This document shows, piece by piece, positions 52,872 through 62,606 of a stretch of DNA of 64,000 nucleotides. The stretch lies in the sequence record NC_031010.1; one strand, 5' to 3'. A program made the translations under genes and the position numbers. Each line of letters opens with the position of its first letter. Position 1 is the stretch's first letter. Below the pieces are notes generated by a model. The model was not told where the DNA came from. It made no database searches and saw only the letters and a program-made list of their open reading frames with translations.

Positions 52872-54035
52872 ATGATACAGAGAACCGTAGAGTCAAGCGT
52901 AATTACGTTCTTAGCTGCCTTCCCCTCGCTGTTTCGTCAGCGGGCGGACTCGCTGGAGGAGTTCAACTCCGTTCTACAGAATGACTACACTACGCTGGTC
53001 GAAGATAGCTTGCTGGGTCTGGACTACCTGCCCGGCATTATGGAAAAGATGCAGTTACTGTTGGCAGGGCAAACCCTGACCGCCATTTCACTGCTGACCG
53101 GTGTTCCAGAAGTTGACGTTATCGGCACGCTGGACAAAATCTCCACCAAACGTAGCGCATTGGATGCTGCGGTTCGTACCGGGAGTGCACTGGGTGCATT
53201 GGCAATCGGCGAGTCGTCACGTCCGGGTCGCTTTGCGCTGCCGTCATACGATAACCTCGCTTTGGCGGTCGGTGAATCTTCTCGTCGTAAAGTGGCGCGT
53301 GAATCGCGTGATGACAAGAGCAAAGAGCGCACCGGCGTGGCCCTGCAAAGTGATTTCGCTAAGCGTCTGAGCGAGCAGGAAAGCCTGTCCAGCGGTAAGC
53401 AATTCAGCGTGACCTTTGAGCGTAATGGTAACAAGCTCGAAGTGCCCATGCGTGTGCGTCTGGAAGTCAGCTCCACCGATACCGGGTCTATCGAAAACAT
53501 CATCCTGCTGGGCGAAGAGAACCGTAGCCTGTGGGAACGTTGGATTCGTCGCTCTACCGGCAAGAACGGTGGTTCGTCTGCCGTGGATAAAATCCGCGCA
53601 ACGAAAGACATCGCCTTCTCCAACGACCTTATCGACGAGTACCGTAAGAATCGCTTCCGCGACAAATCGGGCTACTACTCGAAGATGATGGAGAAGAGAA
53701 ACGGCAACTGGCTGTCAGGCATGCTGACGCTGTCACCGTCCATCAACAATGCCTCCGCGCTGATGATTGTCTCGCAGGAAACCATCGACGGCTTAGAAGC
53801 GCGTCTGGGTGGTGACTTCGATGACTTCAACGTGCGCAAACGTGTGTTCGAAAACACACTGACCATGTACTACGTCGTGGTTGACCAGACGTGGGGCCGT
53901 GTCACTATTTACACTCGCGGTCAGAACGGTTCACAGCAGCTGGATAAGAACGATTTCAGCAAGGCTAAAGCTGGCTCTGCCGACGTGAACAAAATCATCG
54001 AAGCGTATCGCTCCGGTGCTCAACCGGTGCTTTAA
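52872..54035 (+). CDS. internal head (inner-body-type) protein, phiKZ gp89 position
   Basis: Three tandem sites AIGE|S, AVGE|S, VARE|S. Confidence 0.7.
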   Translation: MIQRTVESSVITFLAAFPSLFRQRADSLEEFNSVLQNDYTTLVEDSLLGLDYLPGIMEKMQLLLAGQTLTAISLLTGVPEVDVIGTLDKISTKRSALDAAVRTGSALGALAIGESSRPGRFALPSYDNLALAVGESSRRKVARESRDDKSKERTGVALQSDFAKRLSEQESLSSGKQFSVTFERNGNKLEVPMRVRLEVSSTDTGSIENIILLGEENRSLWERWIRRSTGKNGGSSAVDKIRATKDIAFSNDLIDEYRKNRFRDKSGYYSKMMEKRNGNWLSGMLTLSPSINNASALMIVSQETIDGLEARLGGDFDDFNVRKRVFENTLTMYYVVVDQTWGRVTIYTRGQNGSQQLDKNDFSKAKAGSADVNKIIEAYRSGAQPVL

Positions 54036-54045
54036 GGGGTCTTTC

Positions 54046-54981
54046 ATGCCTATTCCGAACATGCTGGCAATGTTACTGCCAAGCTTTGAGTCCATTAACC
54101 TGAAGAACCAGCTCTCGTCCAACTGCGACGCGATTGGGGAAGCCCTGCTGCCGCGTTTCCAAACGTTGCAGGAAGTGGTGGGTACCCAAGAGGGCAAACA
54201 CTTCAAGAACAGCACCGTGCAAGAGATGAGCGAAGACATCGTCTCTAGCCTGCGTAGCAGTTCCCTGAACGTGAAAGGCCTGCGTGTTGCCTCGATGCTG
54301 GAGTATATCATTCCATCATTGGAGAACGTGCTGACCCTGCGCAGCTTCTTAGAGCAGCACATCACCAAAGACATCGGTAAGTCACTGGTGACCTCGGCGC
54401 TGACCTTTAACAAGCAGACCCTGCTGCAGATGCTGGACATCATTGACTTTGCCACCAAGTACAGCAGTGTTCTGCTGAACTACGTCACAGCCGTTGAGCT
54501 GAACGCGGTGGAAGGGTCAAACATTGATGGCGGCGCTATCGCACCAAACGACCTGCAATACCTGAAGACGCAGAGCACGGTCTTCTGTATCGCCCTGCGG
54601 GTGCTGGGGACGCCTATCAATAAACTGAAAGCGGACTACGCTGAGATTCCAGAGGCTATCTTCGATGAAGACACCTACAACGATCTCGTCGCCTCTTTCG
54701 GTTCTGGCACCACCGACCCACTCGGCATGCGTTCGGTTCCATTCCCACTGACGATTGTCTATCGCGTTCGTCTGAACTTCGCTGAATGGCAGATGGATCG
54801 CTACGACGAATGTGTGGCTGCCGGTAAAGCGGCAGAGCTACGTATTCTGCTGTGGAAAAAGCAGCAGGCAGAAGGCAGTGGTGATGCGGCTATTGAGCGT
54901 CTGATTAAAGACCAGGAAAAACGCTTGATGGACCTCAAGTACAAGCGTGAAAAACTGGAGAAGAAGTATGGACTTCAATAA
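54046..54981 (+). CDS. head/virion protein, phiKZ gp90 position
   Basis: Operon context, coiled-coil C-terminus. Confidence 0.7.
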   Translation: MPIPNMLAMLLPSFESINLKNQLSSNCDAIGEALLPRFQTLQEVVGTQEGKHFKNSTVQEMSEDIVSSLRSSSLNVKGLRVASMLEYIIPSLENVLTLRSFLEQHITKDIGKSLVTSALTFNKQTLLQMLDIIDFATKYSSVLLNYVTAVELNAVEGSNIDGGAIAPNDLQYLKTQSTVFCIALRVLGTPINKLKADYAEIPEAIFDEDTYNDLVASFGSGTTDPLGMRSVPFPLTIVYRVRLNFAEWQMDRYDECVAAGKAAELRILLWKKQQAEGSGDAAIERLIKDQEKRLMDLKYKREKLEKKYGLQ

Positions 54982-55510
54982 CGCCGAACAGACCATCAAA
55001 GAGTACATGGACTTGCTCAGCCAAAACGCTGTGCTGGTTCACGATGACAAAGTCATTCACGGTGTCCTGCCGGCCTGTGCGGTGGTTCTGGCGCGTTTTC
55101 GTCTGTGTGCCCTGTCAAGTGTGCAGGAAGTATTATATGACGAATACCCGCAAATCGGGTTTACTTTCAATACGTTTTATAATGAAACGGTTAAGTTCAT
55201 TCTCGATGGAAAGCGTCGCGATATCTCAGTTGGGCAATACTCAGTTCTGATGCAACAGTATATGAACGATGTTCATGGTACTAAGTACGTGCGTCAGACC
55301 GGTAGCCTCGGTAGTCGAATGATGGCTGCTTCGTTCGGAGACTCCGGACAAGTGCGTAATCTGGGCGCTTCGCATCAAACGCAGCAACCGGACACCCGTC
55401 TGCTATCTTATGCAGACCACGAACTGCTGGCGCAGTGGCTTACGCGTGTCAATGGATTGTCAGACATGGTATCCTCGCTTGCAGTATTTTTAAAGATCGC
55501 ACGTCCCTGA
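54968..55510 (+). CDS. probable virion protein (180 aa)
   Basis: ATG 54968 after GGAG/AAG. Confidence 0.7.
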   Translation: MDFNNAEQTIKEYMDLLSQNAVLVHDDKVIHGVLPACAVVLARFRLCALSSVQEVLYDEYPQIGFTFNTFYNETVKFILDGKRRDISVGQYSVLMQQYMNDVHGTKYVRQTGSLGSRMMAASFGDSGQVRNLGASHQTQQPDTRLLSYADHELLAQWLTRVNGLSDMVSSLAVFLKIARP

Positions 55511-55568
55511 GGGGGCCCCTTAATCAGGGGCGTGTGGGTATTTGGTTATAACCAATAGGAACTGAAGC

Positions 55569-56837
55569 ATGAACTTTATCCAACAGCGCATCGCGCGTGA
55601 GTCAGTTGAATCTGATCCAAGCGCAATTGACGGCCTGAGCAACGTTGAGACTTCTGAAGATAACCTCGACGTGCAACTGACCGAAGTGGCTTCCATCGAT
55701 GGTCAGCTGGACCGTCTGGACAATGACCAGGAAACGCTGGCCATTGACGCCGTTCGTACTGATGATGCAATCGACCAGGCCAGCGAAGCTGTCGAAAACG
55801 GCGAAGAGCTGCCTGAAGAAACCATCGCCAAAACTGAAGTGGCGCAGGAATCTATCCGTCGCCGCTGGGCTCTGGATACACCTAAGCTGGCGCGTGAAAG
55901 CTTCCGTCGTGGCCGTGGCATGACCATCGCTGCGCAGGAAGGCTGGAAAGAAACCTTCAAAGACCTGATGAAGCGTTTCATCGACTTCTGCAACATGGTC
56001 ATTGATAAGATCAAAGATGCCAAGCTGAAATACCTGAACGTGGGTAAAACCGCACAGGCGCGTGCCAAGAAATATCAGGCTGCGATTAAAACGCTGGGCA
56101 AAAAGAACAAAGAGCAGATCTCTGGCGGCTTCATCAGCAAGCTGGCTATTGAAGGTCAGTTCAATCTGGAACAGTCTATCGCTGCGGCGAAAGAAGTGGC
56201 CGGCGGCAAAGCGAAATCTGCCATCAGCCATCTGCAAGGCCAGGCCTCTGCAGCTGAAACCGTTGTGACCAAAGCGTCTAAGTCCGATGCTGCTGTAGCG
56301 ACCTCTGGTTTCTACGACACCATCGAGCTGTTCGGTTCTGCTGCTAAGAAGATGAAGAACCTGCCGCAGTTTGACAACGAAGAAGCACAGCGTCTGTACG
56401 CACTGCCGGGCAATGCCTATATCCAGTGTGGTAAGAAAGCTGTTAACGGCGTTGACTTCACTGCTGTTGGCTTCCTGTCAACTGGCGATCGCAGCGACAC
56501 CAAAGAAGTCCCAACTCCGGACATCGCGAAACTGAACTCTTCTGCTCAGGCGCTGGATGCTATCGGTAAAGGCTTCGAAGGTACGCTGAAAGATTTCCGC
56601 AGCTACGATGACGAAATCGGCAAACTGCGTTCAGCAGCACAGGCAGCGGTTCAGGCGATCGATAAAGCAGCGGATAACGCTGAGCACAAAACTCTGAGCG
56701 CAGCACGTTCTGCAGCTGACCAAGCGGTCCGTAACTACCAGACTCTGCATCGCGCAGTGTCTTACGTAGCGAACACCGTTATCAGCGGCCTGAATGGCTA
56801 CATCGGTGCGGGCATCGGCGCTTACGCTAAAGGCTAA
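55569..56837 (+). CDS. abundant internal head protein, paralog 1 (SPN3US gp53-like)
   Basis: Acidic propeptide with ARE|S and AQE|S sites; C-terminus GLNGYIGAGIGAYAKG. Confidence 0.8.
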   Translation: MNFIQQRIARESVESDPSAIDGLSNVETSEDNLDVQLTEVASIDGQLDRLDNDQETLAIDAVRTDDAIDQASEAVENGEELPEETIAKTEVAQESIRRRWALDTPKLARESFRRGRGMTIAAQEGWKETFKDLMKRFIDFCNMVIDKIKDAKLKYLNVGKTAQARAKKYQAAIKTLGKKNKEQISGGFISKLAIEGQFNLEQSIAAAKEVAGGKAKSAISHLQGQASAAETVVTKASKSDAAVATSGFYDTIELFGSAAKKMKNLPQFDNEEAQRLYALPGNAYIQCGKKAVNGVDFTAVGFLSTGDRSDTKEVPTPDIAKLNSSAQALDAIGKGFEGTLKDFRSYDDEIGKLRSAAQAAVQAIDKAADNAEHKTLSAARSAADQAVRNYQTLHRAVSYVANTVISGLNGYIGAGIGAYAKG

Positions 56838-56914
56838 TCCCCCTTAGCGTCGCAAGGCTTTCCAGTTTCTAAATTAAAGGGGGTGGCGTTGTCCACCCCA
56901 GAGGAAAAGAGAAC

Positions 56915-58186
56915 ATGAACTTTATTCAACAGAAACTCGCGCGTGAGTCCATCGAAGGAACCGGCACCGTCGTTCCAGACGGTCTGGAACTGCCAGCTGA
57001 GTCGGTAGAGGGTATCCTCGCTGACCTGGCCCACGACGACCGCGTAATCGACAGTAACGACGCTGATGCTGCTGTACTGGCTGCTGATGCTGACGAAACT
57101 GATGCGCAGCTGGACGACGTTGACGCTGCTGTCGACGCTGCTGACCCGGATAGCGAAACGCCGGCTGACGAAAAGATGGAAGCCGAAGAAGACATGCCTG
57201 ACTCCGCTGCGGAAGCACTGGACGTTGCGCAGGAGTCTATCCGTCGTCGTTGGGGTCTGGATGCTCGCCAGTCAGTTGCCCGCGAAAGCTACGGCTCGTC
57301 TAACCGCCGTCAGGTTGCTCGTGAATCCCTGTGGACCGATATCAAAGGTTTCCTGCAGCGTATCCTCGAGTGGCTGCAAGAGCAGGGCCGTAAGCTGAAA
57401 GACCGTTGGCTGAAATTCAGCAACGTCGGCAAGTCCATTCAGGGCCGTGCGGCTAAGTACGAAGCGCAGATCCGTGCACTGGGCAAGCAGAACAAAGACA
57501 CCATCTCTGGTCCATTCGTTAAGCAACTGTCTATCAATGGCAAGTTCATCGGTAACGACAGCGCTAAACTGAACGAGCAGCTGGCTGTTTGTACTGGTCT
57601 GGTTGACCTGCTGGCTGAAGTGACTGGCGTGGGTGAAGAGATGGTATCGGCACTGGAAGGCGCAGGCAATCCAGAAACTGCAACCACCGCGAATGCCAAG
57701 AAGCTGATTACGATGATCCGTACCCGTGTGGACGGTGAAGAAGAAATGCTGGGCGGCAACAAAATGGTTATCAAAACCGAAGGCGAAGGCGACGACACCA
57801 CGGCAACTCTGTCGTATGTTGCTTCCGAAGCTGAAGGTGAAGCCTCTGTTCCTACTCCTAATGCCGGTCAGCTGGCCTCTGCTAACACCTTCTACAAGAA
57901 AGTGGGCGTGGAGCTGGAGAAACAGGTTCAGAACTACCGCAAAGTCGACGCTGCCCGTAGCAAGTTCGAAAGCGAACTGCAGAAACTGGTTAAGCGTGTT
58001 GACGGCGTTAAGATCGATGAGAAACCGGGTCTGGCTCGCGCCGTCCGTGTTATCCGTCGTGGCGTAACTGGCATCAATGCGACCGTGTCCTCTTCTGAGC
58101 GCGCGATTGCCATGATCCAGAAAAACCTGACCGCTGGCCTGAACGGCTACATCGCGTCTGGTATTGCTGCACACGCCAAAGGTTAA
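56915..58186 (+). CDS. abundant internal head protein, paralog 2 (SPN3US gp54-like)
   Basis: Same MNFIQQ..ARES start, AQESIRRRW.LD motif and GLNGYI.SGI.A.AKG end as paralog 1. Confidence 0.8.
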   Translation: MNFIQQKLARESIEGTGTVVPDGLELPAESVEGILADLAHDDRVIDSNDADAAVLAADADETDAQLDDVDAAVDAADPDSETPADEKMEAEEDMPDSAAEALDVAQESIRRRWGLDARQSVARESYGSSNRRQVARESLWTDIKGFLQRILEWLQEQGRKLKDRWLKFSNVGKSIQGRAAKYEAQIRALGKQNKDTISGPFVKQLSINGKFIGNDSAKLNEQLAVCTGLVDLLAEVTGVGEEMVSALEGAGNPETATTANAKKLITMIRTRVDGEEEMLGGNKMVIKTEGEGDDTTATLSYVASEAEGEASVPTPNAGQLASANTFYKKVGVELEKQVQNYRKVDAARSKFESELQKLVKRVDGVKIDEKPGLARAVRVIRRGVTGINATVSSSERAIAMIQKNLTAGLNGYIASGIAAHAKG

Positions 58187-58203
58187 TTCCTTTACGTGTC
58201 GGG

Positions 58204-58239
58204 AAACCCCACTCTTCGGAGTGGGGATTCTTTCTTTTA
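58204..58239 (+). terminator. intrinsic terminator
   Basis: CCCCACTC-TTCG-GAGTGGGG plus T-run. Confidence 0.85.
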
Positions 58240-58254
58240 TTCGACCGAATCTGA

Positions 58255-58274
58255 GATAGATATCATTTAGGTGA
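58255..58274 (+). promoter_or_regulatory. putative early promoter motif (variant)
   Basis: GATAGATATCATT-TAG-GTGA. Confidence 0.6.
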
Positions 58275-58339
58275 GGTTACGCTATGACCTTTTTTACACG
58301 AGACCCATTCAATTATGTAATCGTAAGGAGAATTTACCC

Positions 58340-58960
58340 ATGAACTATAACCTGCTCTCTGTAATCGACGTAACGGGCAACACTGCAAACCTGAGTGATG
58401 CTAAAGTCTTTGAGTTGCATTTCGAACATCAAGCACCATTACGTGTACCGCGTCCGGTTATGCTTGGCATCGCTTCCTTCGTACAAGCCTGCTACGCTCG
58501 CAACACTGAGCACGCTACCCTCCACTACAACAGCCGTACCTTCACACTGGGCCAGAAGTGTGACTTCGATACATACAAGCGCCTACAGCCGCTTTACAAG
58601 TGGGCTATCGCCGCCGGTATGGAATACATGCACAAAACCGCCAGCCGTGACTACAGTAAGTTTGAACACTTCTACCGTAAACATGTTGCCCGTGTGCCGG
58701 AAGTCATGGACGGTTATCTGACCGTCGTAACCGAAGTGTGCTTTGATAAAACCGACATGCAAATGGTGTTGGATATCGAGCAGCGCATGATGAACGAACA
58801 TCTGCTGGATGAGGCCAACGGTGCCGTTGAGCCTGAGCAGATTACCCATGCACGGGTTACGCATTTGTCCAGTGCGAAGGAACGACTGATTACGGCCCAA
58901 CCACTGACGATGCCACAGTTGGTGATTCACCGTAAGAGTTCAGTTCAGTCGCAGTTCTAA
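58340..58960 (+). CDS. hypothetical protein (206 aa)
   Basis: AAGGAG RBS before ATG 58340. Confidence 0.8.
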   Translation: MNYNLLSVIDVTGNTANLSDAKVFELHFEHQAPLRVPRPVMLGIASFVQACYARNTEHATLHYNSRTFTLGQKCDFDTYKRLQPLYKWAIAAGMEYMHKTASRDYSKFEHFYRKHVARVPEVMDGYLTVVTEVCFDKTDMQMVLDIEQRMMNEHLLDEANGAVEPEQITHARVTHLSSAKERLITAQPLTMPQLVIHRKSSVQSQF

Positions 58961-59008
58961 TTAACACGCCCCACTTCGGTGGGGTTAGTTTTTTTGTAAG
59001 GAGTAATC

Positions 59009-59353
59009 ATGCCACACGTCATGTTAGACTTTCCAGACGAAGCTTTGCATCAATCACGCGGCCTGCTGTTTAGACTCGGGGACATCACCTACGATTTAAA
59101 AATCGAGTCTGTCAAAGAAGCGATTGAGCAGCTTGCCGACAAAGATTTCCAAGGTCAGATTACCGTGAAGTTGCACCGTAGCGTTCACGGTCTGGGTCGC
59201 CTCATCCACATTGAGGTCCATGCACTGAGTCTCGAGGTTGAGCCGCGTTATGTTCAACTCATCGATTTTAGCGATACCGTGCAGGTGCACAAATTCGAAC
59301 GTCGTATTATCCTCGCCGCCCTGCGCGGTACTTTAGAGAAACTCCGCAAATGA
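59009..59353 (+). CDS. hypothetical protein (114 aa)
   Basis: AAGGAG RBS; ATGA overlap with DHFR. Confidence 0.8.
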   Translation: MPHVMLDFPDEALHQSRGLLFRLGDITYDLKIESVKEAIEQLADKDFQGQITVKLHRSVHGLGRLIHIEVHALSLEVEPRYVQLIDFSDTVQVHKFERRIILAALRGTLEKLRK

Positions 59354-59868
59354 AAATCACCGTCATCGCTGCTGTAGACAACCAATGGGGTCTGGGCAAA
59401 GACAATAAACTGGCATGGCGTTTACCGCGCGACTTCCAATGGTTTAAAGAACAGACCATGGGTAAGATGGTGGTCATGGGGCGTAAGACCTTTGAGTCTA
59501 TCGGTTCTAAGCCATTGCCGAATCGCCGTAACTGGGTGATTACCCGTGACAGCCGTAACGTCGTTCCAGCCCAAGGCACGGAATACGGTGTGGGGATTAT
59601 CACCAAGCCCGATGAGCTCCTGCTGATTGCCGACAGCTGGAAAGAGAAAGAGGTGGTCATCATCGGTGGCGCTGAGGTGTACGAGATGTTTCTCGAGCAC
59701 GCTGACCGTATTCTGATTACCCACGTGGATACGGAGATTGAAGGCGGAGCGGATGCGGTCTTCCCGCAGTTTGACCGTAACCTGTACAACCAGCGTAGCC
59801 TGCTGCACGTCCCAGCCGACGATAAACACGCGCACGACTTCACCGTTGTGGAGTACACCAAGAAGTAG
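59350..59868 (+). CDS. folA: dihydrofolate reductase
   Basis: IAAVD..WGLGKDNKLAWRLPRD, VVMGRKTFESIG..PLPNRRN, IIGGAEVY. Confidence 0.97.
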   Translation: MKITVIAAVDNQWGLGKDNKLAWRLPRDFQWFKEQTMGKMVVMGRKTFESIGSKPLPNRRNWVITRDSRNVVPAQGTEYGVGIITKPDELLLIADSWKEKEVVIIGGAEVYEMFLEHADRILITHVDTEIEGGADAVFPQFDRNLYNQRSLLHVPADDKHAHDFTVVEYTKK

Positions 59869-59920
59869 ACAGTTACGTGCAGAGGGTTGATACTATGTCA
59901 CTGGTCACGAGGACAAACAC

Positions 59921-60358
59921 ATGTATCGGCCCGAAGAAGGTTTAGGCACGTCGTTGAATCACCTGATAATCGAAGTGGGGTTGGGTACCGATTTGATTCG
60001 GCACTTTAACTCGCTGCCGCAGGTGCATTTCTCTGAAGCGCAATACCTGAGCATCGCCCTCTGGTTTCGACTGGTGTACGAGGGCAAGACTGCGAAGCCA
60101 CTTGCCATTCCCCGTAAAGGGCCAACCATCACGGTCGGTGTCCCGATGAACCTCAACAAGTTTATCTGGCTGTACGACTTTGTGAAGGCAGGTACCGTGG
60201 TCTCGACCTCGGTAGACCGTCACGCGGAATACGGACGGGGTGAGAACTGGCATCTTTTGGATGCACAGGGTGTGAAGTGGCGCAAGCAGAATCAGTTGGT
60301 GCAGCTTTGGCACTATCCGAATCTGGACCACGTGCTGCTGTTGGGTGTTGACAACTAA
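59921..60358 (+). CDS. hypothetical protein (145 aa)
   Basis: GAGGA RBS. Confidence 0.75.
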   Translation: MYRPEEGLGTSLNHLIIEVGLGTDLIRHFNSLPQVHFSEAQYLSIALWFRLVYEGKTAKPLAIPRKGPTITVGVPMNLNKFIWLYDFVKAGTVVSTSVDRHAEYGRGENWHLLDAQGVKWRKQNQLVQLWHYPNLDHVLLLGVDN

Positions 60359-60361
60359 CAC

Positions 60362-60385
60362 AGGGGACTTCGGTCCCCTTTTTTA
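60362..60385 (+). terminator. intrinsic terminator
   Basis: AGGGGAC-TTCG-GTCCCCT plus T-run. Confidence 0.85.
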
Positions 60386-60398
60386 TTTGCAAGGATTA

Positions 60399-61025
60399 AT
60401 GATGAAAAAGATGTTAAAGCGTAAAGACTTTATTGAACACCTCTGCGAGTTCGAGGGCATTGACCTTGATATCGTAGGCAGTCCAGACGACGAATTCAAA
60501 CAGTACGATGGTGGCTGCAACATGGGCAAGCTCAACCTCAGAGCACGCGCGGTGAAGCTCTTAGAACGCCTACAGTTGCATCAGGAGATTGACCCGAAGA
60601 CGGTCTACATCGAGATGCCCGGCGGTGCAACTCGGGGCGACGTCATGATTGCTTGCGAAAGCGATGTCCGGATGGGGGCATTGCGTAAACTCAGAACGGA
60701 TTTGAAAGATCAGACCCGCGACTTACGTAAAGGCCGCGAGATACTGATAACTCAGGCAGTGCGTGATGAGTTTAAAGACATCCGCAACGGCTTTATTTCG
60801 ATGTACCTTTTCCCAGACGCCTTTGTTATTGTCATGAAAGACAGACACGACGGTTCCGATGTTTTCGACCTTCAGCGTAATATGATTCCGGTAGTAATCG
60901 GTCTGTCCTCGGTTAAAGAAGAGCTCGTCCTGCTGCGTGAGGTTAGCGCCAAGCTCACTGAGGATGTGTTCATCCTTGGAGGCAAAGCCTATAACCGGGC
61001 CAAGGTCTTCTTCAGAGAGGATTAA
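60399..61025 (+). CDS. hypothetical protein (208 aa)
   Basis: AAGGA RBS before ATG 60399. Confidence 0.75.
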   Translation: MMKKMLKRKDFIEHLCEFEGIDLDIVGSPDDEFKQYDGGCNMGKLNLRARAVKLLERLQLHQEIDPKTVYIEMPGGATRGDVMIACESDVRMGALRKLRTDLKDQTRDLRKGREILITQAVRDEFKDIRNGFISMYLFPDAFVIVMKDRHDGSDVFDLQRNMIPVVIGLSSVKEELVLLREVSAKLTEDVFILGGKAYNRAKVFFRED

Positions 61026-61026
61026 T

Positions 61027-61060
61027 AAGAGAGGGCCTTCGGGCTCTCTGTTTTTTTTTT
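61027..61060 (+). terminator. intrinsic terminator
   Basis: AGAGGGCC-TTCG-GGCTCTCT plus T-run. Confidence 0.85.
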
Positions 61061-61103
61061 TGCGTTACCAGCCAGTTTTATGAGCTAATGAGGAGACACC
61101 CCA

Positions 61104-62606
61104 ATGCAACAGTATTTTGAGATTCCTTCATTAGACCAGACCATTCGAAAAGCCATCGTGGACGGTATTGTTCATCGAGCGTTAAATGAATCGGGAATCG
61201 CGAAAGCAGAAATCATCTATAACGATGAACGCTTCAAGACAACCCATCAGGTCGGGTCTACCGAAGGCGAGGAAACCACCGCCGCCTATGCAGGCACCGA
61301 CCGTGTCTACATCGGTGTGGTGGAAGAGCGTGACGAGTACGCACGTATCAATCGCCAAATCGGCATGAACGTCAATATCCCGTTCTTTGCAAACGACGAT
61401 GATCAAGTACACGCGGTGGCCGGTACCTGCGGTTATGATGTAACCATCACCCTAACGCGCCACAATCAATCAGAAGACGAGTTACACCGTTGGGTGAACC
61501 GTCTCAACGCTTTGCAGGATATGGGCCGCTACAGCCTGATGGCGGAGTCTGAGGCCTACTACATCATCCCTAAGCCTGCCCTGCAATTGCTGAACGCGTG
61601 TTATGTGGCTGCCAATACCCGGGTACCGAAGCATGAAAGCTTCCCGGAGTACCTGAGGGCGTACTTCGGTAAAGAAGTCACCCGAGTCTCGAACGTGGCC
61701 GGTGGACAGGAGTCACTGGCGGTGCGCTTTGCACCAACCCGTGTGGAGCTTGTGTATTCAACTGAACCCCCAACGTGGGATAAGGATGAAAATCACTATG
61801 AAGCCGCTTTTAACATCAAGTTCTTTTACCAGCCGCCAGAAGAGGTGGTGGTCTCGTGCCCGTACATTATTAATCAAACGCCACTACCGGACGAATGGTG
61901 GCCGGACATTGACGGACCGTGGGTAAGCAACGAGGAGTTCGTGCGTCGCTCCCAGCAGCAACAGAATCTCGATGGGACGTGGTGGGTCAATGAGAAACGC
62001 CCCCTGATTCAACTGCCGTACCTGCTGGCACCCAAAGAGCAGTTCCTGCGTCTGCACTACCCAGCAAAGCACGCCCCGTTACCTATCTTCGGTACCGATG
62101 TCGCTTTTGAAGAAGACAACATGGTTGACCCGGTTGTCTTTAACGTTGCTGACCTGCCCTACCGGTGGAACGATGCACTGCTGCCCTATATCGAGCACTG
62201 TCGCCGTATTGACCGCACCGGGATGACCGGGATGTTCCGCTTCCTTGCGTTTGAGGAAGGGGCACTTATCGAGCCACGCCTCTACCATTGGGATAACGGT
62301 AACTTCCAGTTGCTGCGTCGTCAAAACGTCACCAAGAACTATTTCGTGCTGGAGACGGTACTCTCTGATTGGCGGGATCTGGACTTGTGGCCCTTGCACC
62401 TGTACCCCAAAGCGGCAGAGGTCTTAATCAAGTGGTTGTTCCCGGATTGGGATACCCCGGATTGGTGGTGGGACTTACCGCGCTTACCGCCGTCAGTGAT
62501 TGACAAAATCCCACGGGATAAATACAGAGACCGGGACTATTACCTGACCATCTTTAACACGGGCATCCTGACTGTCGAAGGAGTAGAAGATGCTGAAGTC
62601 GAGTAA
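61104..62606 (+). CDS. virion structural protein, probably neck/tail (500 aa)
   Basis: GAGGAG RBS; position after the head-protein paralogs as in SPN3US-like phages. Confidence 0.65.
   Translation: MQQYFEIPSLDQTIRKAIVDGIVHRALNESGIAKAEIIYNDERFKTTHQVGSTEGEETTAAYAGTDRVYIGVVEERDEYARINRQIGMNVNIPFFANDDDQVHAVAGTCGYDVTITLTRHNQSEDELHRWVNRLNALQDMGRYSLMAESEAYYIIPKPALQLLNACYVAANTRVPKHESFPEYLRAYFGKEVTRVSNVAGGQESLAVRFAPTRVELVYSTEPPTWDKDENHYEAAFNIKFFYQPPEEVVVSCPYIINQTPLPDEWWPDIDGPWVSNEEFVRRSQQQQNLDGTWWVNEKRPLIQLPYLLAPKEQFLRLHYPAKHAPLPIFGTDVAFEEDNMVDPVVFNVADLPYRWNDALLPYIEHCRRIDRTGMTGMFRFLAFEEGALIEPRLYHWDNGNFQLLRRQNVTKNYFVLETVLSDWRDLDLWPLHLYPKAAEVLIKWLFPDWDTPDWWWDLPRLPPSVIDKIPRDKYRDRDYYLTIFNTGILTVEGVEDAEVE

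Noticed and set aside
57272-58174. 300-aa antisense ORF (likewise 16286-17152 and 12753-13463)
   Set aside because: Shadows of highly biased genes on the opposite strand.
55569-58186. Tandem paralogs as a novel duplication
   Set aside because: A paralogous, protease-processed head-protein family is well known in phiKZ/SPN3US-like phages.
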